A DNA stretch of 56,850 nt, filler included, from Sphacelaria rigidula (taxonomy: Eukaryota), in the NCBI GenBank assembly GCA_964200075.2. It is 6 parts of 6 records of this genome, joined end to end, with 100 filler letters (N's around TTAATTAATTAA, not from the genome) between each part and the next. Parts side by side here need not be neighbours in the genome. Positions count along the whole stretch, not along the records: positions 28,479 to 37,870 come from CAXNAA020008606.1; positions 37,971 to 47,361 come from CAXNAA020008607.1; 4 more parts are not named here. One strand, written 5' to 3'. The stretch's first letter is position 1. Each line of letters starts with the position of its first letter. The position numbers were made by a program, and so were the translations under genes. Under the pieces are notes generated by a model. That model saw nothing but the letters and a program-made list of their open reading frames with translations. It was not told where the DNA came from and did not search any database. Positions 33,778-45,750 of the stretch are shown here, piece after piece.

Positions 33778-36700
33778 GCGCGTCCGCAGAGGATCTATAC
33801 CGCCGAGGGGCCCCGTATCGGGAAATGCATGCACCACCGCTACCCACGGCCGAGAATGAGGAAATGCCAAATCAATATGGGGGAAAACCTTATTCTTCCT
33901 ACATCTCCACTAGTATACGGAATTGAACGATCATTTAGATACCTCCGGGTTCGTGTCAACGTGAGCAGCCCAAAACCGAGGAGTTTTGGTGCGCCAGTTG
34001 TTCTTGTGGCGATCGGTGAGCAAATTTGCTGTCTGGAAAATGACTCTTGAGTCGCGGCGATCACTGGATAACGAATATTGATTCCCGCTGGCTTTTGCAA
34101 GACCGGTTGTTACCGCCTGGCACTATGGCAGTGATACGGCCGTCATGCTAAGGAGGGCGGTATACGACGAAAAGTTCTGTACTGCTACTGAATAACTGAA
34201 ACGTACATGCCGTAAGTTGACTGTGCGGTGTTACCAGCCGACACGAAAATGTTCTGATATCATAGACGTGTACAGTGTGTGAGTTGCAGTTGATTACATA
34301 CTTTGCCCGCGATTGGGCAGACAACCGTGTTCGTACAGCGCGTATATCTACATATCGCAATTCATACTGCACTGCGACACAAGAGAGGGAGAGGTTGCAA
34401 AGTGGAATGTTATAGACGTGGTATTGCGAAAAAGAGTATCCAACATCGAGGTATCGGCAGTCATGAAATGTAAGAACTGCGATATTAATTTTGGGCCGAT
34501 TCATTTCCATCAAAAACATGCGAAGTGAGTATCTGGCAATAATGGTGTTGTGCGGGGTAGAGCGCTCGATTTGCCGCCCCGATTTCTCGCCGTAAAAATA
34601 TATGATTATATTCCCCGCTATCCGAGCGTGAAATATTTTATCAACGAAATAGGTGAGTTATTCGAATAAAGTCGGCCCGGTTGTTTTTTGTCATGGGGTA
34701 GGCGAGGGGGTGGGCATCTTGATTTTCCCCAGAACAGAATTGAGTGACGGATTTTCAAGTCGTGCCGGATGCCGTCACGGCGAAAATTAAAAGAGGATGT
34801 TTTGCTTACACGAAAAGCGGCTTTGTTGTTACACTGAATCGCCTGAAGTGCCGGTGATCCTCGTCGATACCTGAGGAGAGCAAATTCGCCCGAAGTTATG
34901 CCCCAAGGGCAGATCCATGCACACTCCTGGGTGCCAGGCGTGCGCGCCCAAGTTACGTTGACCCCTTACAAGACTTTCGGAACCTGCGGCACATTCCCAG
35001 CGCCGGTACCCTAAGCGCTTTGATCTTCACTTCCTGCTTCTGCGGACATGTTCTTCTCTACTCGCTTCGACTTACCCCTACCACCCACCGTTTCGGTACA
35101 CCCGGCGCAGGCCACCGGTACCGGTATACACGTGCGGTGCAGTACAGCAACTACTATCGCCATCATCCAGCGGTCAGGGGAGTACCCTCCTCATGAAATT
35201 GGATACCCCGCTCCCCCCTCCAACCCCAGAATGAGGTTTTTGTGATGAGGGGGGCGGTGGTGCATGGATTTCCCGATATGGGGCCCCTCGGTACCGCTTG
35301 TGGAATGTGGGGTTGGATTTGAATTCGCCAGTTCGGCGGCAGCTACGTCGCAGATTTCAGCGCATCCAGCATGGAAATCCTACAGCTGATCCCGTATCAC
35401 CAAACTGTCGCCTGCGGTGGAGCTTCCCGGTCACCTGACGTTCGGGGTGGAAATCGGTGCAGCCATTCAGTACTGCCAGTATGAAAACATTATAATTCGT
35501 GATTTTGTTGCTCAAAATAAACGAGCGCGCAGGCAAGGGCGATTCGTCCCATTGAGGGTGATGTGTGTGAGGATGTACCATGAATGTTTCGAAATTGGGC
35601 GAATACAGCTCTTGATACTAAGAACCAAGCCTCTGCGCGATTCAAGAATTTGATCCTCGCGTTCAGTTTTTTTTTTGTTGGAACCAAACCACTCGAGGTG
35701 TTGACTTACGGTGTTATCCATTAACTTCATGTCTGGCAGGACCTTCTAAGTGACAAATTTATGTAAAGTTTGCTCTCTCACGAGTACTCATTTGACTACT
35801 TGTAGAAACTTGTTCAGTATTTTTTTTAATTTTTCGGTTTTTCGTGCAGACTCGTATCCATAGTATCGGCGCCTAGCCATCCAGAACATTGTTCAAATTT
35901 ATTCCTAGCCGCTGCCTGGGTTGTGAAACGTTCGCGTTTAGCTTTAACAGGCCTATGAACACGCCGTTTTTGCTCGAAATACTATACATATGATGCCTGG
36001 GCTCTGCCTGCACTGCGAGTAATCGGTATTCTGGCGTGGAGATACAGTAGGCGGTAAATCCGAAACCCTTCCGAACAAAATCGGCGGGGGCGGGGGCGGA
36101 GTATGGCTGCCGGGAAAAACCTTACATGTTCCCTCGCTCGAGCACTAACTCTTGTTTTCCCGCGCGGATCCTCGTCCAGGAAATACATTCATCAATGTAC
36201 CGCACTGCACCGCACGTGAAATAGGATTGAAGTCGCGCGACTGTGAAAGGGTTGATGCTGTGTTGCATAGTGAACGAGAATTGTTCCGTTGGGGAGATTG
36301 GGGACAGAATGAGTTGAGCGACGACTACGGCAGGAGTCGTCGCCGGTGCAACAATGTGTGCCATCCTCTGCATCAAACCTGTCTAGCAATAACGGCCGTG
36401 GTGACCCTTTCGGTGCCCAACGGCCGCCTGGCTCCGTCCCCTCTTTGTAGCGGGGAATCCGAGCTGATTATTTTGGACGCAAGAGGCGGCGCCCACTCTG
36501 AAAAAAGGTTGCCGCACATGCTGCACGTCTCTGTAGTTTTTTGCACGTTGTAGTAGCAGGAGCCAGCGGGATGACTGTCGTATTTGTTTGGAAGAGTACA
36601 GTGCAGTAGTGGCTGTCATCTCGCCAACCGTAGAACACCCATGTGGTCAACACGCACATCTGTTTATTAGTCGCTGAATACTTCGAGGGGGTACCGTATT

Positions 36701-37802
36701 TAGCACGGGATGTACCTGTTACAGGGAGCGTGCTGGGATGTGGTGCGGTGGTGTTTTGATATTGGGCCAGCTGTGCGGAATCGTGGATCGTTCCGCCTTC
36801 CCCCAACGATCGAAAAGCAGGACGAAAACACGTTGACTCACGCACAGAGGCAAGAACACATGGAGGTATAGCGGTGCATTCATTCATCCCACATGCGTGT
36901 ACGTTCGTCAGCTGCTGTTTTCTCCTGAGAGTTTGCCAGACACGGCCCACGAACACCTCCAGGCCGCTATCTCGACGATCTTGAGGTGCGCTATCATTGG
37001 TCAAAACTGTGACGGGAAACAAAATCTGTCCAGCGCCCGAACAGCCAACTAGCGGCCATCCATGCGGGCGTATTGGCACCCTGCAAAAGTCCGCGGGACC
37101 GTTAGATCAGCTAGTTGGCCGCGGGCGGTGAAGGGGCTAAACGCAGCCGTTGTCCTCGCAAAGAATAAGCCTCCGCAAGCAGGGGGCTTCGGGCGAGCGG
37201 GAAAAACACTCGAGGCCCCGAAACTCGGTATTTGATGCGCTATGAGATCGGGCGTCGAGAGGGGTGCTGGGTGATATTTGATGGTATCGTGCACCCCCGA
37301 AGTGCGCCAAACTATTTTCCAGTATCTAGTCGCGTACGATTCGCTGGAAACCACCCCCTCACGCGCTCCACCTTCACCTCAAACCCTACAGTCTCCTTCC
37401 CCTCGAAGCCTCTCACCCAGATGCATGTGCCTCATCCTGCCACATCGTCGTTGACGTTGAGAACTGGACCTTTAAAGCTGGATACGGCTAGTGAAGCAGT
37501 CCCGTTGGCCCGGTCGACAGCAGCAGAAGCTGTAGCCCGTCTGCACGAGCGGCTCCGATCATGTGGTGTGTTTTGCGTAAGATGCCAACTCAATTGGTTT
37601 TTAGGTCGGCATGAGCTAGTAGGTAGGAGTATTCCCCGATGGATGTACAAGGCGCACGGTACTATGCAAAGGGGCGGGAGGTATTTGAGGGCACTTGAAA
37701 TTGAGATACGAAGGCACTGCACTATTTTGCCACTTTTGTGTGCTCCAAATTTGAAGATTTCCTAGGCGCAAGGAATGTCATATCCCTCAGTTCCTGACCC
37801 CG

Positions 37803-37858
<56 letters not shown>

Positions 37859-37870
37859 CGCACCACCCAC

Positions 37871-37970
37871 NNNNNNNNNNNNNNNNNNNNNNNNNNNNNN
37901 NNNNNNNNNNNNNNTTAATTAATTAANNNNNNNNNNNNNNNNNNNNNNNNNNNNNNNNNNNNNNNNNNNN
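37871..37970. other. Artificial contig linker (preceded by a ~50-nt C run)
   Basis: 100 bp of N with TTAATTAATTAA. Confidence 0.98.
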
Positions 37971-38039
37971 GGGGCTCCGCCCCGGCGGTGGGGGGGGGGG
38001 GTCAATTGTCAAATGCCCATGGCAACACTGAACATGGAG

Positions 38040-38111
38040 CCCCCCCCCCCCCCCCCCCCAATGGTCAAACGACTAAGGCAAGCAACAAATGAGTACGCCC
38101 CCCCCCCTCCC
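38040..38111 (+). mobile_element. Minimal poly(C)-ended LINE 3' end embedded between two C runs
   Basis: C20-AATGGTCAAACGACTAAGGCAAGCAACAAATGAGTACG-C10. Confidence 0.85.
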
Positions 38112-39739
38112 ATATCATGCAGAGGTCGGTGGCGCAATTTCCGTTGTGAGGATTTCTGCATTTCGCGATGCGATATACCTGCGCGCCGCCGATCCTTATG
38201 GCAAAGTCAAATAGGAATATGCAACAGTGCCCTTAGTAGAGCGTGTACGTCACTTGACGCCTTAAAAGAGAGCTGGCGACATTTCGACACCTTGCAATGC
38301 CTTTCTGTAGTCCTTGACATGGTGGAAAGAAAACCTGGGCATTGTTTCGGTGGCTCATCCGTTCTTTTGTTCATGTCACTCGCTTTTTCCTCCCTACCCG
38401 GTCATTTTCCCTCGAAGGCGGGTAGGTCCACGGATAATTTTTGTGAACGGCGTGACTACCGTGTGGACCGGAACCTCTGTTTCCACCGATACCCTACCCT
38501 AATAAGCGTCCAAAGTCGGGAATATTTCAAGTGTTTCCGCAGTGAGGGATGTTTCGCAAGTGTTTGCGCGTGCCGCCGTTTATCCCACTAGAGGATTCGT
38601 CACATGCGGTGGGTATTGAGAGATCCTACCTAACCCTCCATTGTTTTGGCTCGAATGGGGCGATCTATACAATTTTCTAAACGAACAAAAAGGAAAAATT
38701 ATTTCGACCTCGCCAATGTATGTTATCGCGCTAGAGACGCAAAAGTGTCTTGTAACACGGGTTTTCACACGTTGGTGATGGTGTCCTTTTCGATGATGAC
38801 TAACCCACAAAATGAAAACCTTCGTATCAAGATGCAATATTCGGAGTATGATCCCATCTCTACACTTGCTGGTAGCTATTGACAAGTACTACACGCCATA
38901 CTAATTTTGATCTCGATAACGGAAATGTTGGGGTCCTGGGTGCAAAACCAAATCCTGTGAATTTCGGCCATCTTCTCGGATCATGTCAATTCCCTCAAAC
39001 GGTTTCTTCACTACGGCCCCAACATGTCGGTTATCAGGATTCAAGCTTGAAAGGCGTACAGTTTGAGCGCGGCCGAGGCTTTCCCCCTGAATCTACCGGC
39101 GCTAGCACTTTCAAGTAGTAATGAAGAATAGTACTCGAGAAAAACTCAGAAAGTACAACAACTACGAATTCTGGAAACTTCTGATGCTGACTACTACATG
39201 GCGCACATAAGGTTACATACTAAAATCAATATATTACGAGCGGAGGCACTGGATGCCCTAAATCTGGAGATGGCGTCTCAGTTTTTGATGATTGTGCGAT
39301 GAAATTTGGTATGAAGAACCGCTAGGGGGTTATGAAATAAATAAATAAAACTTTTCATTTTTTTCGAGTTTTTAGGGGAGTTTTGAGGAGAAGTGAACAT
39401 TGCCTTGGCTCTTATCTCAGTATTTTAGCTCAATTTTTAAAATAATTATTTGAAACTTAGCATGGCGAACGCCCGAACCTCTCGCAGAAAAAAAATGGGC
39501 CTCACTTTTTGGGGGGGGGGGTAGAGGTTCGGTCGTTCCCGTAAAAAAATGGTCGTTACCATACTAAAACGCCCTAAACCAGTGACAAAAATAACGTACA
39601 AAATATTGACCCACTGAGTTGTGTTGATTATGCCCTAGAGAGGACCCCCACAAAATTTCAATACACCAAAACCAAGCGTGGGCCGGTGAGTGGCCTGCGA
39701 AATACTGTTCCGAATTTCTAGTGACCCGGTTTTTGAAAG

Positions 39740-39985
39740 GCGAATGCGACGGCCAATATTTAGAGTTGGAGCGTAAAATTTGGTATGGACAACGCATAGG
39801 GCATAAAAAAAAAAAAGTTTTATTTGTTCGTGAGTGAAGGGCAATAGTTAGTTTTCATGCATCAGAAAAATGTCCTTACCTCACGAGAAAAAAATATATA
39901 TTGGTGTTTGTTTGTTTTTTAAGCTCTTTGCGATGTCCATACCAAATTTCACGCTCCAGCTCTAAATATTGGCCGGCGCATTCGC
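39740..39985. mobile_element. MITE with ~70-bp TIRs, TSD unresolved
   Basis: GCGAATGCGACGGCCAATATTTAGAGTTGGAGCGTAAAATTTGGTATGGACA, with its inverse at about 39930-39985. Confidence 0.8.
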
Positions 39986-40068
39986 TAGCAAACTTCAAAT
40001 CCGCCTCTAGGCTGACCCAGCTCGCAAGCAACCCAGTTTTTTGTTGTCTCGCTCTTCAAAGGAGCGAT

Positions 40069-40453
40069 GAGTGATGCTACGAAGGGGGAGGGAGGGGGGG
40101 GGGGGCATACTCATGTTTTGCTTGTCGTAGGTCATTCGATTCCACGAAAAAAAAGGGGCTCATAGGTGCGTCAGACGACCGGACACACTCATGGTGCGGT
40201 TGTATTTGGGTCAAGAAACGATATCAATCAGTATGCATGAGCGTTATTTATTGGGAACAAGCGCGTTTAAACAACCGTTGATATTTTCAACGACGATTTG
40301 AAGTGAAATTTCTCTTTTGTGGAAGAAATGGCCCAATATACCCCCCCCCCCTCTATTGGTGCTCCGTCTCGAAAGGGATGCGTGGTCAACGGTCAAACGA
40401 ATAAGGCAAGCAACAAATGAGTACGCCCCCCCCCCTCTATTGGAGCATGACTC
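40069..40453. mobile_element. Sola-like MITE (same family as 11031-11280), TSD CGAT, carrying LINE-tail insertions
   Basis: GAGTGATGCT...AGCATGACTC termini, CGAT on both sides, body colinear with 11050-11250. Confidence 0.88.
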
Positions 40454-40944
40454 CGATGTCGTGTTTTCTCAACTGCTCATGACCTGGATTTGCCCGGTTC
40501 TTCTTCCCCCACCTTTTCCCGCCATTTTTTGGCAAATTTCGAGGTCTATTTGCTCATGCCGAGGTTTCTTAGTTTGATGACGAGAAAATCGTAACCCTTT
40601 TGGTACTGGCAATATGAAAGTATGACTTTCAAGGTTCTGTTTCCTGAACGACATATGGTTGAGCATCTACAGCTTTATCGCAAAACTGTGCGAGAAGTGC
40701 AGTGAAGATAGATAAGGGGATATCGGAATTTTCTTCTATCCCAAAAGAAACTGCACAAGCACGCACGTCATGACCTACTTCATTCAATGTATTTATTGAC
40801 GATCTGACGAGAGCAATAGAAGCAGCAAAGCAAGGGGTCAAGGTGGGAGAAAATTCCGTATCGGGGGTGATGTTCGTGGATGATTTTGAGGGGGTATCAG
40901 AAACCGCCAGGAGAATTTCATGAGCAAATTGAGGAGGCGCTAGA

Positions 40945-41167
40945 TTGATTGATTGATTGACTCTCGCACTTTAACTGACCCCCCAGGGGTCCAGCCGTGG
41001 TTTCATCATAGACGTGATGGTTGGTTAATCCGTTATTTTCATGCAAACGGAGCTCCTCTTTTCTTTCTTATTCATTGCCATATTTTCAAAGGTTTATATT
41101 AGGGTTCTTTTACGGATCCACGTAAGCCTTTATGGTAGTCAGGTTGTATTATGTTTGTATTAGTCAT
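40945..41167 (-). mobile_element. Retroposon 3' end with a (CAAT)n tail inserted in the LINE
   Basis: (TTGA)4 at the left end, TSD GCTAGA at 40939-40944 and 41168-41173. A similar end lies on plus near 47090-47178. Confidence 0.7.
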
Positions 41168-42152
41168 GCTAGAATAAACTAGGAATAGTAGAGTGACAGC
41201 GAACGTGAATCGATGAAACGAAGATGAGGAGAACCAGGTAGAGTTCAAATGGAAGTGGGGAAAAGAGGAATTACCGATTCGTTGACGAGTATACATATCT
41301 TGGCGTAAATATCTCCAAAAAGTTGTCTTAGGATGCACACATAGAAAAAGTAGTAGGAAAGGGTAAGACACAGATGGGCAAGATGGATGTAATCCCAAGA
41401 GACTTGTACCTCGATACTAGGATTAAGAGATGTATACCAATAAATGTGATTGTGCCGGAGCTAGAAAATGCAGGGGGTATGGGAAGGGAACGCGAAGTTT
41501 GTGAAGCAGCTGGAATTGGTGCAGATGGCAGCGACTGAAAAAATACTTGAAATATATTGGGTGTTCAAAAACGACGAGTAATACAGTATATGAAAGCAGA
41601 ATTGGGAATGTATTCACTTGAAACAAATATAGATAGCGTCCACAGATGGGTGCGGGTGGTACACGACAAAAGTAATAAAATACATTATAGAAATAAGGGA
41701 AAACCAAGCGCTAAGACGTGAAGTAGACAAGGAAGAGCACGTGGAGATATACGAGGGGTTGAGAGAAGGATTGGGGATGAAAACATATCTGCATGGCTCA
41801 ATGGACGCGGCGCAAAGGTGAAACTACGAGTTCGGGTGAGGGACCTGGACCTGCCGGAAACAAGGAAGTATATTGATAGTCGAATGGACGAGGAAGTAGA
41901 TACATCGGGTTGTCCCTGTGAAGAAGCAATTAGGAGAAAAACTCATATAACGGGAGGATATGAAGTGAGCAAGGAGAAACGAGACTGTCAAGAGGGGCAA
42001 GTATGGGGAGTAAACGAAGGTGGCAAGAAATCGTTTGGTGTATCAGACCTGTAGCAAGGGAACGAGGGCTATACTAGGAGGTAGATGGTGGCCACAGACG
42101 GCGAAACAGGATGGGGATAAGATACGTGAACGGTTTTACTAATAGTGTAATA

Positions 42153-42719
42153 CTTCCTCCAACACATAAATAAAGTCGGTTTATGGGGCACAGATCAAAT
42201 ATTTTGAACGGAAGCGTGTAAGATGCTGTAGTTAGATTCTTTGGGAAGATACAGTGACGGAGATGCTGACGGGGAAAAAAAAATCCGAGTTGGTGTTCAA
42301 GAGAAATTGTGGGTTAAATTTGATCAAATTTAGGCCGAATTTGGACGATTTTTGCCTGCGTTTGTGGTGAACGCAATCCACAAAATGATTACACGCTTTC
42401 AGACGAGGCGCAGGTATCGTTTATCAGTGATGGAGCGCAAGAAAAAACCTGTTTTTACATATTCTTGCGTTTTTTACCATTTTTCCGAGTCACATTTTTT
42501 TCCCCTTTTCCCGGAAAACTGGGGGAAAAGGTCCATTTCTGGGCAAACTGCTTTTGTTTCAGCCGCTGGTCCATGCTAAAGGCTGCGCCAAAAAAAAAAA
42601 AAACGGTATCCAACACAAAAAAAAAACACCAAGATTTCAAAAATACCATCGCTAACGTCATCAGACACGGTCAAAGGCCCGTATAATCATAATCGGCTTT
42701 TCTTATGTGTTGGACGAAG
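42153..42719. mobile_element. Tc1/mariner MITE nested in the LINE
   Basis: TIRs CTTCCTCCAACACATAAATAAAGTCGG and TCGGCTTTTCTTATGTGTTGGACGAAG. TA flanks. Confidence 0.85.
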
Positions 42720-42865
42720 TATACAGACAAAAGAAACGTAAGGAGCGCCCATATGTTGGAGGTGTTTCCGTTGGGAGCAGGAACGGTGCTCCGTCTCAAA
42801 AGGGACGCATGGTCAATGGTCAAATGGCAATTAACAACGAATAAGTACGCTCCATCCCTCTGTGG

Positions 42866-43495
42866 TTGAGAGGTACCAAAAAAAAGTACACTGCATGAGA
42901 GAGATAAGGGAGAAGCAAGCGCTAGACGGGAAGCAGACGAGGAAGAGCACATGAATATATACGGAGGGTTGAGAGAAGGGATAAGGATGAAAACATATCT
43001 GCACGGCCAAATGGACTACGCGAAAAAGTTGAAACTGCGATTTCAGGGAGTGGGGTGGGCGACCTGCCAGAAAGAAGGAAGTAGTTTGGTCGTCGAGTGA
43101 AAGAGGGAGTAAAAACACCAGATTGTACCTGTGGCAAGGCAGTGAAGAGTAGAACTTGAATGATGGGAGGATGAGAAGTATAGAAAAAGGAACGGGACTT
43201 GTCAAGAGGAGGAGGTACGGGAAGTAAACGAAGGTGGCATGGAATCGTAGGGTACATTGGACAGTAGGGAGGAAACGACCACTATACTAAGAGGTAAATG
43301 GTGGCCACAGACGGCGAAACAGGCAGTGAATAAGACATGAAGAAGGTTTTCGTGCAACGTGTGGAAGAAACGTCATCAACGCCCAAATGTTGGAGGAGTC
43401 TCTGGGAGTAGGAACGGGACTCCGCCTCGAAACGGAAGCGTGGTTAATGACCAAATGACTTGAGTCAAGCAATAAACGAGTACCCCCCCCTCCCC
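42866..43495 (+). mobile_element. Second 5'-truncated family-A LINE copy in tandem
   Basis: Colinear with 41690-42135 plus 42725-42860. Ends GAGTA-CCCCCCCC. Confidence 0.85.
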
Positions 43496-43510
43496 GCCTT
43501 CACATGGCAG

Positions 43511-43604
43511 GTGGTGAAGACACAACTCCAAGCGTCGTCGGTACGAAAAGGCAGCAACGCGTTCTCGATAGCCGGCGAGATTATCAGAGCAGAGGGACCG
43601 AAAG
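43511..43604 (+). CDS. Exon of a mitochondrial carrier (SLC25 / Mito_carr) gene
   Basis: VVKTQLQASSVRKGSNAFSIAGEIIRAEGPKG matches the signature Px[DE]xxKxxxQ...EGxxG (PxE would lie in the previous exon). GCAG acceptor, AAG|GTGAAG donor. Confidence 0.8.
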
Positions 43605-44899
43605 GTGAAGAACAAAAGTGGAATCGATATTCGCACGAGGCTTGTGTGCAGCAGTACAGTCGTCGCTGGCCGCTTTTTGTGTCCCGTATCAGGCTGCTGC
43701 CAGCTCGTGGCTGGACGGGGTAAGTCGGAGTTAGGCTTTTGCTCATCATGCGAGGACGGTTTTTGAAGAATTCGTTTATCCTGAAAATAATGTTGGGTCG
43801 CTATTTTGTAAAACCGTGTTGGCATGATAATAAGTAAAAGCCTAGTCGGAGTGGCGGCCGCTTTGCTGTTCCTGTGTGTTGCAGTCATCGCGTACTCTCC
43901 GTTCACCCCGATCTCCCAGCTGCTGGTCGGTGTGGGAAAGTATGAAGGGGTTGGGTTTGATATGTGTCTACAGGGGGGTGCTACCAGTGGAGTCTCTTCG
44001 AAGGCTTTCCCTTACTCTTGAACCCTGAGTATGACTGCTCGCACAATAAATTGCAAGGTTGTGTTGTAGGGTATACACCCGGAAGTGGAGGATTTTTGGC
44101 GGGCATACTGGAAAATGATCACAGTTCGGACGAATCATCGCCGGTTCGAATAACCACCAAATCTACGGTTTTTCAGGCCTGAGTTGCTTGAAAGAGAAAA
44201 AAAGGTTGACCGCTGGTGAAAAAGGGTCTCCACGCAATTTTTGCGCCATTCCACGTGCCTAGGCTGTGCATACCTGGGTTTCAAAGCTGAACCAAAGCTC
44301 AAGAATTGATTCGTACGGCACGAATTAACCACACTAGAATCAAGTAATTTCCAGACGAATCATTCATTCGTCCGACCCTTAAAGCATACGGATATGCGTA
44401 TCGAACTTTCCGGTACGTATGGTCCGGCATGGTTCGGAAGGGTATGTACCGATTAACTCTCCTTTCATACTATTATACTGTGAATACCCCCCCACAGTAT
44501 ACAACCTTTATAACGTGCATAGTTAGTTTTATTTTCAAAAATCGAGTAATTGTGACCCCGCAATGGCCCAGGGTCGTCTGAAAGAAAAACAGGGTACATC
44601 CGTGTCTTTAATGTTAGGCTTGGTAGAATTACTTGATTATAGCATAGGACGGGTCTTGTCGTGAACGAAAAAAAAATGTCCGTTCTGTTGCTTGGTTCCG
44701 CTGGCAGCTTTATCGCTCCTCACCCTTCACTGATGTGATTGGTTCAACATCACCGAAAAGTAAAGGCAAGGATAATGTCAGGACTGCATTCGTGTACTGT
44801 AGTACTAACACGAAACTGGTGCCCAAATGGGTTAACTGCAAGGGTATGTTGGGTAGGATATTTACCGCGTTTGGGCATTTTGAAAATTCGTTTTTTATG

Positions 44900-45209
44900 T
44901 ACCGCTGCGACCCGGTGGTCTATTGGTCCGACTGTCGCCATTAGGGTGGAGAAAACGAGGGTTCGATTCCCGATGCGTTGGGTTTTTTATTCGTAATGTA
45001 TGGTTTCCACCGTGAGTGCGTGAGAACGTGAGTAAACAATGTAGTCGACTGAGTTTGTTTGACGTGAGTTAACGCGGTGCGGAAGTGCTGACCCAATCCG
45101 CGAGACCAAAATGTAAGGCGCGTACCGGGCGAGAGATGGGTTGGTCCCTGGAGACCACGGACTCATCCCGAGGAAGGAGAGGGGTTCGAAGTGCGGGAAG
45201 AAAAAAAAA
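44900..45209 (+). mobile_element. tRNA-derived SINE, apparently full-length copy C
   Basis: A-box TGGTCTATTGG, B-box GGTTCGATTCCC, ~230-bp unique body and an A-rich tail. Confidence 0.88.
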
Positions 45210-45278
45210 TGTACCCGAAACTTGATTGGAGTTATTGAGGGCGTATTCAACGATACCCAGATATTGGGTGTAGGTTAA

Positions 45279-45750
45279 GGCTACTTCTCATGTATAAAAA
45301 AATAAAAGTTGTTGAAAAGTGGATTCGTTGACCCTTCTCCGTCGTTTTTCCCCCGAAAAGAGGGCTAGGCGGATGTTGACACTTTTGAATGACTTGCTCT
45401 ACTCGCTGAGACCGTTTCAGAGCACCTTTGCGTTTTCCGTAGACCATCGTTTTGTTTTCGGCCAAACTTGCACTTCCAATAACAAGCGGCCAAGTTATCA
45501 AAAAGCAGGGGGCAAACTGATTTTTTTTTTCATAAATCGACCGTTTGTTACTGAAAATGCAAGTTTGACCAAAAACGAAACGGTGGCCTACGGAAAACGC
45601 AAAGGTGCTCTGAAACGGCCTCAGCGAGTAGAGCAAGTCATTCAAAAGTGTCAACATCCGCCTAGCCCTCTTTTCGGGGGGAAAACGACGGAGAAGGGCC
45701 AATAATGCACTTTTCAACAAGATTTTTTTTTTAATACATGAGAAGTAGCC
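45279..45750. mobile_element. PIF/Harbinger foldback MITE with ~210-bp arms
   Basis: GGCTACTTCTCATGTAT...ATACATGAGAAGTAGCC, TAA TSD on both sides. The mirrored ORFs 45247-45720 and 45319-45705 reflect the palindrome. Confidence 0.95.

Larger units (their letters stand above)
40560..42860 (+). mobile_element. Decayed LINE (family A): RT C-terminal half to the 3' end, with nested insertions
   Basis: SGVMFVDDF (FADD-like), EYTYLGV and LELVQMAA..KIL..IGCSKTTSN in broken frames. 3' end GGGACGCATGGTCAATGGTCAAATG...AAGTACG followed by C-rich sequence. Confidence 0.85.

Noticed and set aside
28479-35600. Continuation of the IQ gene via plus-strand exon-like segments (32814-32891, 34384-34450)
   Set aside because: They lie on a different, unlinked contig, so any phase match is coincidental.
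37804-37856. Exact length or function of long C/G homopolymers
   Set aside because: They are adjacent to contig ends, where homopolymer lengths are unreliable.
44905-44975. Functional tRNA genes (also 1393-1465 and 9114-9185)
   Set aside because: A and B boxes are present but there is no convincing cloverleaf or anticodon arm, and each is attached to the same SINE body.
45247-45720. Two overlapping antisense genes with near-identical proteins
   Set aside because: This is an artefact of translating a long palindromic MITE.
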